Translations under genes and position numbers: made by a program
Part shown: positions 11,149 to 21,770 of the stretch, in pieces
Layout of the letters: every line of letters begins with the position of its first letter
Position numbering within the stretch: the first letter of the stretch is position 1
Notes under the pieces: generated by a model
Told to the model about the DNA's origin: nothing
What the model saw: only the letters and a program-made list of their open reading frames with translations
Database searches by the model: none
Assembly (NCBI GenBank): GCA_023334545.1
Contig: JAADVB010000091.1
Span: forward strand, 641-64,640
Reading direction: 5' to 3'
Length of the DNA stretch: 64,000 nucleotides
Source: Salisapilia sapeloensis CBS 127946
Lineage: Eukaryota > Protista > Oomycota

Positions 11149-12609
11149 CTACTCCGTGTCACTCCCGCTCGAGGCATTCAACGCCATGAAAGAGTTCTTG
11201 GTCTTGGTCGATGCTGGAGCTGTCGTCACCTGTTTCATAAATAAAGTCAGCGAATTGCTTCAACCGTACTTCAACATCCAACACCCTACCGTCGGCGCAC
11301 TCTTCTTCTCGCGCGGCTTGCGTACGGGTTCCTTCTTCTCCTCTTTTTTCTCGTCCTTCTTCTCTTCCTTTTTCCCGTCCTTCTTCTCTTCCTTTTTCTC
11401 ACCTCGTCCACGTCCTCGACCGCGCCCTCGTCCGCGTCCACGACCACCTCTCTCCTCCTTGTCGTCCTTTGGACGCTGCAGAATCTTCATCGGCTTCTTT
11501 TTCTCTTCCTCCTCAGCTTTCTTCTCTGCTTTACGAGCAGCCTCCTCCGCCTTTCGGCGCTCTAGCTCTGCCTTCCGACGCTCTTCGTACGCCTTCTCGT
11601 CACGAGGCTTTGCATCGCCAAAGATACTTGGCTTATTCGTCTTCTCCGTCTCCGACTTGCCACTCGCCGTACGAGGGAGGAGGTTCAGCTTCGGACGCTC
11701 CGCCGGCGCATCCCGCTGAGGTCGACGGTTGTCCGAAGTACGCCGAGGTCCTTTCTCCGTATAGAACGAATTGTCCTGGCGACGAGTAGGTCGACGTTCG
11801 TTCGCTACATCCATACGTAGCGTTCGGCCGCCTACCACCTACTTGGAATTCAGCACGATGATAGACGAAGTACAAGATGCAGGTCTTACACTTCCATCTA
11901 GCTCGAGCGCTCGAGCGAGAAAGTCTCGCTCTTCAAACTCGACGTAGGCAGTGCCTCGAGGACGGTTGAGCTCACGGTCGAATGGCAGATGGATGTGCTT
12001 GATGCCATCGGCGCCAATGACGTCGGCAACGTCATCCTCGGTCATATTAAACGGAAGGTTCGCGATAAACAACTAGTGGAAACGTACGCGTATAAATACA
12101 GAATCGACATGCATCTACTAAATAAAAGAGACTTTGAAAGGAGGGTGGTCCGGCAGCGGGTTCTTTGCACGTGGCTCACGAGAGTTGGACGAGTGACGAG
12201 AGGAACGGGAAGAGCGGCGTCCTTCCGGATGAACCTCTGGCTCCGAATGATGCGGATCTTGCTCTACGCGAAGTTAGAAATGGCAAGCTGCACGAGGTAC
12301 ACGTCAAATGTACCAGGGGCGGCCGAGGGCGAGTCTGGCGTGTCCTTCACAGTGTCTTCCTGGACGCTGTTAAGACACAGAGTTAAGTATCGAAATGCAG
12401 ACTTGACACGTGTCCTAGTGCCGAGGAAGTAGATATGCTTGTGCGGTCCAAGCATGACAAACTCTTTGGCAAGGTACATGGAAACTAGACAGGACGTACT
12501 TGCTGAGGGTAGCTGCAATCGGGATGGGCTGGGTGTCGAGGTCATCCTCATCAGCCCAGGAGCTTCCGCCGCCGGTAGTAGGTTGCACAAACAAAGAGTT
12601 ATTCGCCAT
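11149..12609 (-). CDS. EIF4B: Translation initiation factor eIF4B-like RRM protein, multi-exon
   Basis: N-terminal GGGSSWADEDD, LPDHPPFKLFIANLPF (RNP2), RGTAYVEF (RNP1), ERPKLNLLPR and PSIFGDAKPRDE. The start codon is uncertain. Confidence 0.8.
11330..11460 (-). repeat. Low-complexity coding repeats in eIF4B: (RG)n and KKEEKK[DE] units
   Basis: Translates as GGRGRGRGRGRGRGEKKEEKKDGKKEEKKDEKKEEKKE. Confidence 0.85.
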
Positions 12610-12854
12610 CGCTTCGATAGTACTGATGCTCGTTGGTCTTTTGTTGTCTTCAGACGCGACCAACAACTTGTCCATACTTTACTTCATACGCTAGTCGCAC
12701 ATCTATAGCAGATATATCATTTCCGACCTTTATAAATAACAACCTACCACTATTCTGCACATCGTGTGTCTGCAGCATATAATTTCTTATAAAAGACATA
12801 TAAACGATAGGATAAGCAGGCGCTGGTCAGCGCCAGTCGCAATAACTTCACATC

Positions 12855-13937
12855 ATGGTAGGCGGAGGCAAGGTCGTCAAGCAGTCTGCTTCGCAGCAAG
12901 CACGCCGTGCGCACGGCAAAGTCACTAAGCAAGCAAACAAGCAAGCTCGCAAGGTTCCTAGTACGATCAAGCCGAAACGTACCAAGGCTCGCATCCAACG
13001 ACTGCTCAAGAGCAAGGAGCCAAAGCTGGTGGAGGACACTAAGAACCTGTTGGTGCTTCGAGGGTACAAGACAAATGAAAGCATCAGCCAATTGCTCCGA
13101 GACATTCGCATGCTCAAGTCTCCGAACGTCAAGATGCTTGGTAAGAAGAACGACATCCACGTCTTTGACGACGAGCAGCCGATCGAGTTTTTGACACACA
13201 AGAACGACGCGAGTCTCTTTGCCATCGGTTCCAACACCAAAAAGCGTCCGAACAACCTCTCTATCGTACGTACATTTTCACATGACTGCTTAAATAGTAT
13301 ATTTACACACATATAGGGACGGACGTTTGATGGACATCTACTGGACGTCATGGAGTTCGAAGTGCTCAACTTTAAGTCGATCGAAGCGTTTGACTGTAAA
13401 AGCAAGAAGGCACCGGGCTCCAAGCCCTGCTTCATCTTCACTGGTGACGAATGGGAGAGTCAAGAACCCTTCCAAAAGCTACAAAACCTACTCTTGGACA
13501 TCTTCCGAGGCACCGTCGTGCCGAGCGTCAACGTTAAGGGTCTCGATCACGTGATCGTTGTCACTGCTTCGAAAGGCAGAGCGCTCTTCCGTTCCTACTC
13601 GATCGACTTCAAGAAAGCAGACAGCACGGACGGCACTGTCCACCCTCGTGTGGAGCTAGAGGAGATGGGTCCTCGCTTCGACATGTCTTTCCGCCGCCAC
13701 AAGTTCGCTTCGCCGGAGCTCATGAAGGCAGCGACCAAGAAACCTAAGGCCGTGACTGCCAAGAAGGTGAAGAACATTGAGCGGGAGGAAGGCACTGGCC
13801 ACAAGATGGGTCGCCTGCATCTCGACCGCCAAGACGTGTACTCGATGAACAGTCGTCGCGTCAAGGCTTTGCGCAAGACTCCATCTCAACTCCAGTCGGA
13901 CCCGACGGACGCGGAGCTCGAGGTAGAGGAAGTGTAG
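12855..13937 (+). CDS. RPF2: Ribosome production factor Rpf2 (Brix domain), 2 exons
   Basis: EPKLVEDTKNLLVLRG, GSNTKKRPNNLSI|GRTFDGHLLDVMEF and RVELEEMGPRFD. Confidence 0.94.
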
Positions 13938-14109
13938 ATCTGCTAGTGTAATAGATTTTCATGAACGAACAAGAGTGGTTTTCTCGAAGGAGAGGGGAAA
14001 AAGGGGTGGAGACGCCAGCACTCACAATTCGCGAGGCATCAATCCATAACCCTTTCAAAATATTTTGAGTTTCTCCTATCGTACACGATAAGATGTATGA
14101 AAATCTAAC

Positions 14110-14936
14110 TTAAGTGGACGTGTTCTTGAGCGTCGACGTCAGCTGGGAAAAGTCCTGGACATACCAGTCGGCTTGATCCCGCACGACGTCCCGCTGAACC
14201 ACGCCGCCGTAGCCAACCACAAGGCTAGCTGGAGGACGCGCTTCCACGTCCGTGACGCCATCTCCGACCATTGCCACATTCTTGTGGCCGTGGATCTTCT
14301 TGATGACCTTGATGGCCGCAGCCTTGCCGCCAGCACGACTGGTGAGTTCCATGTCGTCAAAGCCGGCGTACTCACCATTGTCACCGAAGAAGATGGTGTT
14401 GGCGTAGATATTCCGGAGCGGAACGTTGAGTTGTTCTGCAACCGGGACAATCATGAGGCGGAAACCGCCGGATACGAGGAAGACTTCGATGCTCTTCGAG
14501 TGGAGTTCAGCTACAAGCTCCTTGATGCCGTTGCTGAGCTTGGGCGGGTTATTCTGGAGACACATCTCGACATCACCCTTGGATGGCTTGATGATGTCCA
14601 GTCGAGCCTTGAGCGCATCTTCGAACTTGACGCTTCCGTTCATAGCTCTGCAGACAAGAGGTTAATACTCGTTCCTTGTTACCATATAAAAGATCAGTCG
14701 TACCGATTCGTCCAGTCTCGGACAGCATCGCCTTTGCCACAGTGCTCGGCTAAGACGTCAATGCCTTCCTCCATGCAGACCGTGCTGTCGACATCAAAGC
14801 AGACAGCATCCACGGAGCGCCATAAGTCTTGTGCCGGAGGAGTTGATACGGCTTCCGGACCGCCGCGCATGAGTGTGGAAACGCGTTGCTTGGCCATACT
14901 AGTGGCGCCTTGCATAAACTTGGTAGCACGCAACAT
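14110..14936 (-). CDS. PSPH: Phosphoserine phosphatase (HAD family) with a probable mitochondrial presequence, 2 exons
   Basis: VCFDVDSTVCMEEGID (DxDST), FLVSGGF, GKAAAI and MVGDGVTD motifs. The N-terminus MLRATKFMQGATSMAKQRVSTLMR is Arg/Lys-rich with no acidic residues. Confidence 0.93.
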
Positions 14937-14990
14937 GGTTACTTGTGTGGATTGGGTCGAAGATGGATTGGGTGGGTTGACTCCGGGCGA

Positions 14991-15008
14991 GCAGATTGGA
15001 AAATGACC
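14991..15008 (-). promoter_or_regulatory. Candidate oomycete Inr(+FPR)-like core promoter upstream of PSPH
   Basis: The minus strand reads GGTCATTTTCCAATCTGC, ~55-70 nt before the ATG, resembling the oomycete YCAYTYY initiator. Confidence 0.4.
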
Positions 15009-17804
15009 TCGTGGTTGGCATATAGGGACAGCTTCCACTTCTCGTCGTTGGCCTGGGAGTGGGACAAATATGCGTCAAAGTCCTTCCACAATCTGACCAT
15101 GGGTAGGGCTGTGAAAAATTTAAACACGCAAACGGCCGCCTGGTCAGCTTATACCACAGCCTTTTTTGGATTTGAAAAGTAGGGAGAGCAGATAGAGCGT
15201 AAAAGATGACCCGAAATGCATATCCACATGCGTGCAAGTGGAGTGCTAGAGCGGTCTAGGGCGATAAAAGTTAATTGAAGCTTTTCCAACTTTCACTTCC
15301 CATGTGCCCCGTCGGCCGTTTTGTTGACTCTTTGAAGCTGATGCCCCGTCTCTACTCGCAGTTTCTATTCGTGCAGCCTTGATTTGTGGATACGTCGCAG
15401 GGCAATAGACCAATGGAAGCACGACCTCTTTTTTAAAATACGGCGATCGTTTCATAAAAGTAGATCGGAGGCTCCTTGCGTTTCTAAGCGCGTGCTATAG
15501 AAGCGTTTTGGTAGGTAAACCTCGTGGCCTTATCCGCGGCATCTTAGAATCGTATTTGTTGTTGGATGCACGCGGTCACTTCTCAGCAGCGAATTAGATC
15601 GCATGCATGCTTTCTGCCTCGTGCCTCGTACGTGGAAAACAGATTGACACAATGGCACAACTTTAATGGGATCGCTTCCAAGGCAGTAGAGAAACACCAT
15701 TGGTTTAAGCTTCATTCGATACAAACTCACAATGACTCTGAGAAGCAGGATGATCTAAAGATGCGAAAATTTGAATCACGACAGCGACCAGGAGTAAAAT
15801 CCGCTCATGCGTGATGGCAGACAAGGCAGTCACAGAGCGCTCATTTTCATCATGCTAGACGCGTTCATGTCTGTTACATTACCTAAACTAACTCACTCTG
15901 GGTATCCGTTGAGACGGGTTTGGAAAACATGCACACTATAATAAGCACGGTGGGTACCGTTGGCATTATCCCATAGAGTTCCCACCTCGGCATAATCTTC
16001 GTTCATTTCGTCTACGCTCGGGCAGTCGGATGATGAGAAGACCCAAGCAAAAGGTGACATCAAACACGCTGTCTTGCACGAATTTCTTGCTTTCTCTATG
16101 CCAAAGCTTCAATGGCGAATGTGACTGGCAAATCATCCCGACTCAGATCGAGAAAACTTCAACGAAGGTGCATCCGTCTTTTCGGTTCATGTATCCTGCC
16201 TGCCTGCCTCTTGCCTTCTTAGAAGTTGCTTTTTAATAACGGATATTTAAAGAGTGGAGCTATTAATGTGTAGATGGCAAAGTAGTCTTTCGTGTGCTTC
16301 CTGAATTGATCCAAGCAAAGTAGTCGGTTTCTGATAAGTAGACAGCAATCATTGAACTCTACTTGATCCGTTTGACGTCCATACCAAGATTGTACACATT
16401 GCCTATCACAAGATCGCGGTCTACATTCGTTCTTTCAATCGCACGTACGCAGCGAAGAGCGGTTCATCTACGCTTCCGTCCTCTTTCTTATCTTCCTCAC
16501 ATCTTCTCACAGACGCCTTCTACGCTCGTACGATGAAATGCGTGGTAGCTCCCGATGCTTTAATCTCTACTTCTTATCCCCGTCTGACCGTCTCTGTTCC
16601 CACCCGCTCTCCAAGATTTCAACCGCATGAGCATCAATTCTTATCAGCATCTGGACGTACGAAGTGGGTGCCGTACATTCTGGTGCTTTGAGCGTTCAAA
16701 CCTTCCATGCTTCTATACTTCCTTTCTCACACCCTCAACTCAATAAAGCACCCTACACGGGTAATCCAAGAGCAAGAAATTGGGGCTAAAGAAGCAGCAT
16801 CCAAGTCCAAGTCTCCTCCTAGTCGACATTTGTACCCAATTTCTAGACATGGTCCAACTCGACCAGCATGTCATTTCCTACGAATGACCCGTTCCATGTA
16901 GCAATTAAAACGTAACGATAGAAAGAATGAGGTTGTCGTTGGACTAGCAGCAACGGACAAGAGCAGGAAAAGCTGATGATACATCTGAGTTGCGACCAGA
17001 ACAATCCTCGTAGGTCGTCATGTTAAAGCATTCAAGGGTGAAACGGGGGTCTGCTGGACAAATGCGTCTCGGGCTGATCTGATCTCAAGTACCGCACCAA
17101 GAAGCCTTTGCTCCTCAATGTCCCTCAAAATGCCTTCTAATGAACGCATGCTACATGTAAATGACCAATGCTAACTCTCAACAAGCAAAACTTCCACTTG
17201 TAATGTCATGCCCGTGAACATATAAATTGATCATGCCAAAGCTAGCTTGAGAGGCCCAATCTAGCTCCGGTTTCAAACTAAAAGGCAGTCTCGCTTCCAC
17301 GTTTCCATGTAAACTTGCACTATCCAATTAAGAGTTTCATCCATCACCATGTCTTTACGTGAACTGAAGGAGATGTCAGAACACATCTGAGCACTATCCG
17401 AGTTCGTCGACAAGCTTGTCTCGTTCCAACGTCTGCCTAGACTAGTAGCTACATTCACCAAAGTTCATGATTACCCGTACTCGTAATCAGCTTCACTTCC
17501 GACGTCTGGCATATCGCTCGTAAGAGCTGAAGCTACGTGACGAACAGAGGCAAACACATATGTATAGTATCAAAAGAATCGCCTTGTCGACGATACATTG
17601 TATTGGTTCTTCGTGACTCGGTCGTCTAGCTATTGTACATACACTGGCATTGTCGCCAATACCTTTACAAGTCACGATTGGACCAACCATAACCTCCAAA
17701 GCGGAGGGTACTCGTTCCTAGCAGATAAACTATTGTTGCATCGTCCCGCTGCTGAATCGGGAGCACTTCCCTTCATCAGGCAGACGAGCTCTTACGCAAG
17801 GAAT

Positions 17805-19559
17805 TTAGCTGAACCGGCGTTGGCTCTGCCAGTTACCCGCGTTCGTCTGAATTCCGTCCACGAGTGCTTCCAAGTCAAGCCACGGGATCGAATGGAGCGT
17901 CGAGAGCGCCGGGAGCGCACGCGACTTGAGAAAGTCGACCTGTCCCGACAGAAACTCTTCATTCGAAGACCGATCTCGGTCAAAGCAGCACGGAGAAATG
18001 TTGTGGCCGTTCAGCTTGTCCAGATCGCCCTGCTGGAAGTTTTCTTCCGTCAGGCGGTGAACCCACTTTTGGTGCAGAGCGAACGGCTTCGTCGTCTGAC
18101 CGATATCGCTTGCGTGCACAGCGCAGCGAAGGACGCGCACCTGCAGCTCCTGAGGCAAAACACCTCCTTCGTTCTGACTCCACTCGTTGTGGGAGATCTG
18201 TGTAATGTCCGCAAGAAGCTCCTTCTGGTAGCAGAGGGCGGTGGCAAGGATCGTTTCACGAACGACTGTCAACACGTCCTGCTGCTGTCTCGCGTTCATA
18301 CCGCGAAGCATGTTAAACTTCGTGTCAAGAAGTGCTCGAATGGCCAAGTCTGCGTGCATCGACTCCATCGGAGTGCGTCCTGGGTATCGCTGGGCAATGT
18401 CATGGCGTGTGCGCACGAGGAAGTCGTTCGACAGACCAACGTGCTCAATGTCGTGCATCAAAGCAGCGAAGAGAGCACCGATCTGGTTGTGAAGAGCGAT
18501 CTTGTCGCCTAAAGAAGAGTGCCAAAGCATCGCAAAGAGACTGTGAAGCACGTCCGCAGCGTGGCATGCATTGTGGAAAGGCATGTCGCGGCAGTAGCGT
18601 CCCTGGACGTGAAGTAGGAATGCCGGTAGCTCCACCATGTCAATGAAAGACGAGACGGACTCGTCCAGAGTCTTAAATACAAGCATACCGATGAGGACGA
18701 GCACATTATCCTTCATCAATTCCTCCAACACAAGCACGTCTAATTGTCTAGTACCAAAGGACGAGGTGATGAGAAGCATAACGTCGCTTAAGGACGCAGA
18801 GGGCACGTCGCAAAGCTCGCAGATCTGTTTCAGTTCCCCTTCTTTCAAGTTGTCCAGAGGCCGATGGGATCTTCTCGACACGGGGAGTGCCTGCATAGAT
18901 CCGGGGGAGAGACTAGGCAACGTGCGGCCATTGCGTCTCCTGAGCGGTTCCTCATCAAACAAATCGTTCCAGACTGTCACATCCCTCTGACTGCGAGTGC
19001 TCGTAAGGGTTTTTAAATTCAGACGAGGGTGACTTGGGACGCCTTGCGGTGTCGCGGGTGCGGATCGTCTGGTCGTGTACTGCTGCGCGCGTCCCATGCT
19101 AACACTAAGGAATATATGCGGCGTGGACGTCTCGCCGACGCTAAAGCTGTTGGACTCGATGAGGCTTTCGGGGTCGCTATCTCGCTGCGTGCTGCTAGAC
19201 CTGTGTTTCGGGCGAGATGGCATCTTTTTGCGCATGTACGCAGCAAGTGCGCGCAGTCGGGACTCGACTCGAATACGCTTCGAGTTGGCGCTGTTGGAGG
19301 CATTTGTGTTGAGCGATGTGTGTGCACCGGCGGAAGACACGCGTACGGAGGCCGCGCGTGCCGTGGCGACGGCGGCATCGCGCGCCTTGCGAGCGTACTT
19401 GCGCGCATCGTCGACATTCATATCTGCCGGTATTTGTGTGTGGGGTGACGAGACGGGGGACTCCGAGTCGGATTCGGCAGTCGTGGCGAGGCTATTAGCT
19501 GAGCTAGCGAGTGCCTTGCGAGCGTTTTGGAGCCGTAGTTCGGCTCCTTCGTCGATCAT
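17805..19559 (-). CDS. Class I 3',5'-cyclic nucleotide phosphodiesterase with a low-complexity N-terminal half
   Basis: FHNACHAADV (HNxxH), MHDIEHVG (HD), HASDI, EENFQQGD and the invariant Gln in GQVDF. Intronless, 584 aa. Confidence 0.92.
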   Translation of the reverse strand: MIDEGAELRLQNARKALASSANSLATTAESDSESPVSSPHTQIPADMNVDDARKYARKARDAAVATARAASVRVSSAGAHTSLNTNASNSANSKRIRVESRLRALAAYMRKKMPSRPKHRSSSTQRDSDPESLIESNSFSVGETSTPHIFLSVSMGRAQQYTTRRSAPATPQGVPSHPRLNLKTLTSTRSQRDVTVWNDLFDEEPLRRRNGRTLPSLSPGSMQALPVSRRSHRPLDNLKEGELKQICELCDVPSASLSDVMLLITSSFGTRQLDVLVLEELMKDNVLVLIGMLVFKTLDESVSSFIDMVELPAFLLHVQGRYCRDMPFHNACHAADVLHSLFAMLWHSSLGDKIALHNQIGALFAALMHDIEHVGLSNDFLVRTRHDIAQRYPGRTPMESMHADLAIRALLDTKFNMLRGMNARQQQDVLTVVRETILATALCYQKELLADITQISHNEWSQNEGGVLPQELQVRVLRCAVHASDIGQTTKPFALHQKWVHRLTEENFQQGDLDKLNGHNISPCCFDRDRSSNEEFLSGQVDFLKSRALPALSTLHSIPWLDLEALVDGIQTNAGNWQSQRRFS

Positions 19560-20392
19560 GGGGTCGTCCAGTTCTTCCGTGCGGGTGTCGCAGAGCTCAG
19601 AAAAAAGGAAATTGCCGCTTGAGTGTGCGAGGAGCAGGCTGGGCGCGTAGAAAAGAAAGTGGGCAAGTGATCAAGTAGCCGCGAGGAGGAAATGTCACAA
19701 AACCAGGACACGTCGAACCAGACGCTCTCGGCATCTGCCTCTTCTGATCCCCTAGCACGTCGCAGGGAAAAAAGACAAGGAGCGAGGGGAGGAGGAAAAA
19801 AGAAAGTGAATGTGCCTTTGGGACATCTTGGCAGGAGGAAACTTGCAGTTGAACGCGAGTGCAATCGAAGGATGAGGCGAAAATTGGACGAGAGAGGTGT
19901 ACTTTGCTCAAGATCGGTCGGAACGACCGAGCCGTTTTTTGTCCGAGTGGCGTGAGTGAGTCGCGGTCAAGGTGAAGCAGAGGCACAGCGTGTTCCATTA
20001 CGTGAGGTTCGGTGCGAGCTGGAGGAATGCGTGGCGCCAAGGGCTTGACAGTTAACGCTCTAGCTTCTATCATTCGGCGGAGCAGTAGAAGCTTGCGTGC
20101 GCTCCAACCCTGCTTTTCTTCCAGCTGCATGACCAGCGGATCGATATTGAAATCGTAGAGTTACATAGATCGGTTAGCATGCGAGGACATAGACGTTTAT
20201 GACACTCATCTTCTCGTTCCTACTTGCACTATGCTACACATCGGTCTCGACGATACCCATGGAGCCTACAAGCTACGATAACTGAAAATAGACTTGTACT
20301 GACACGATGCATCCGGTCCAAATTTCCACTTGACCAAGATACCACTGTGAAGAGACGCTTTTTTCACTTGACCCTTTCTCACGCGTCGATCC

Positions 20393-21188
20393 ATGGATAT
20401 TGACATCTCTTCGCCGGATTTTAATCCCGATCAGTTCCTCGCCTCGCTCCACGCGGTACGTACATTTGCATGCACCCGCTATTGCGTAGGTATCGCTGTC
20501 GTCTATCTGACTCCTACTGACGTCCTGCATGCATACACCAGCGGACGACCACGACGGACTTGCGGCTGGAGCTTGAAACGTTGCGCCGAGCCACGTCTGA
20601 TAAGACGCTGCAGCTCAAATCCCTCGTTCATGAACATTTTGATCATTACCTTACTTGCCATGACGCCGTGCGGCAGGTCGGCAGCGAAATCAGGCGCCAT
20701 CACAAACAGAACGACACGCTTCAAGCGCATGCGGCTCATCTGCGCCGCGTAGCTGATCAACGTCTGTCGGATGTGCTCAAGCTAGACCACGAATGTCGAG
20801 TGACCGGTCGTGCCATCGACATGCTAAGCGCTGTTGAACCTGCTCTCCTGGCACTGGAAAGGATGAAAAAGAGTATGAGAAAACAAAATTGGCAAGCATT
20901 ACTGAAGGACTATGCACAACTGCAGTCCATGACAGCAACGAGTGGAGAGGAGCTCATATTGATAAACATAAAAGCGAGCGCCGACCACGTGGCGACGGAA
21001 GCAAAGGAGCTGCTATTGGACTGCGATATATCAGAGTCGGAGGTAGGAATCCCTACGATCTTCTTGCACTTCATAAATGATAAGGCGCTCATTACGCATA
21101 GCGAATGCTCGAACAGCAACTGGACAACTTGGTACCACAGACGCGGCCATCTACTCATCGTAGTGCCAATAGAGATTTAAGTCAGTGA
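20393..21188 (+). CDS. Short Sec5/Vps51-type N-terminal tethering-domain protein (~240 aa), 3 exons
   Basis: Spliced translation: MDIDISSPDFNPDQFLASLHA|RTTTTDLRLELETLRRATSDKTLQLKSLVHEHFDHYLTCHDAV. This matches the Sec5/Vps51 N-terminal pattern (FxPxxFL..H...LK.LV..hFD.f..C). Confidence 0.7.
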
Positions 21189-21770
21189 CCAAACGGCCGT
21201 ATCGTGGAACTTGAATACACGCACGCTTCATTTTCATTGCATTCACAGTGACTATATGGAAACTCTTGTACTCGAATCGACACTTGGTTCGATACGTACT
21301 TGCACCTAGAAACCAACATTCCGTACACTTCGAGAGGAAGGCTGCGCTGAACCACGTCGATTCCCTGGGTGGTAGAAGGCGTAACCGTCAGGATAGATCA
21401 GAAAACCGCATCTACAATGCTGGATTCGCCCGACGAATCCGCAATAGCTTTGCACCCTTTAAACACAAAATCCCGTTTTGTGTCTCTTCCAGAACGAGGA
21501 AACCGAAAATTGGTATCCGTCCTGGTATCTTTCATCACTCGCCACATCTTGTACATCTCTGCCTTTTGCATTTTCAGACCTTCCACACCGGACGCATGCC
21601 CTCCAGGTTTCCAGATAGCCCAGTTGAAGTTGCACTCGTAACGGTTATGAAAGTTGCAGCTAGCATATCCATGTTACGAACCTGAGGTGTTCCTTTCCGT
21701 ACCACTATACAAACTTTCATACAAAGCAAAAGATCCCGTCACTTTTCTCAGGAAGAACAGGAGGAAGAAG

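Noticed and set aside
11330-11460. Regular short repeats considered as a CRISPR or satellite array
   Set aside because: They are imperfect in-frame codon repeats encoding RG and KKEE tracts of eIF4B, with no spacer structure.
17349-17486. Short plus-strand frame with an in-frame TGA (MSLRELKEMSEHI*ALSEFVDKLV...), considered as a selenoprotein or readthrough candidate
   Set aside because: It has no redox-motif context, no recognisable family and no SECIS-like hairpin that I could see.
17598-20130. Long ORFs antisense to or upstream of the PDE (17598-18512 +, 19075-19650 +, 19597-20130 -)
   Set aside because: They are GC-rich shadow frames without motifs. The same applies to the many antisense ORFs over kinesin, tubulin, dynamin, BK and CK2.
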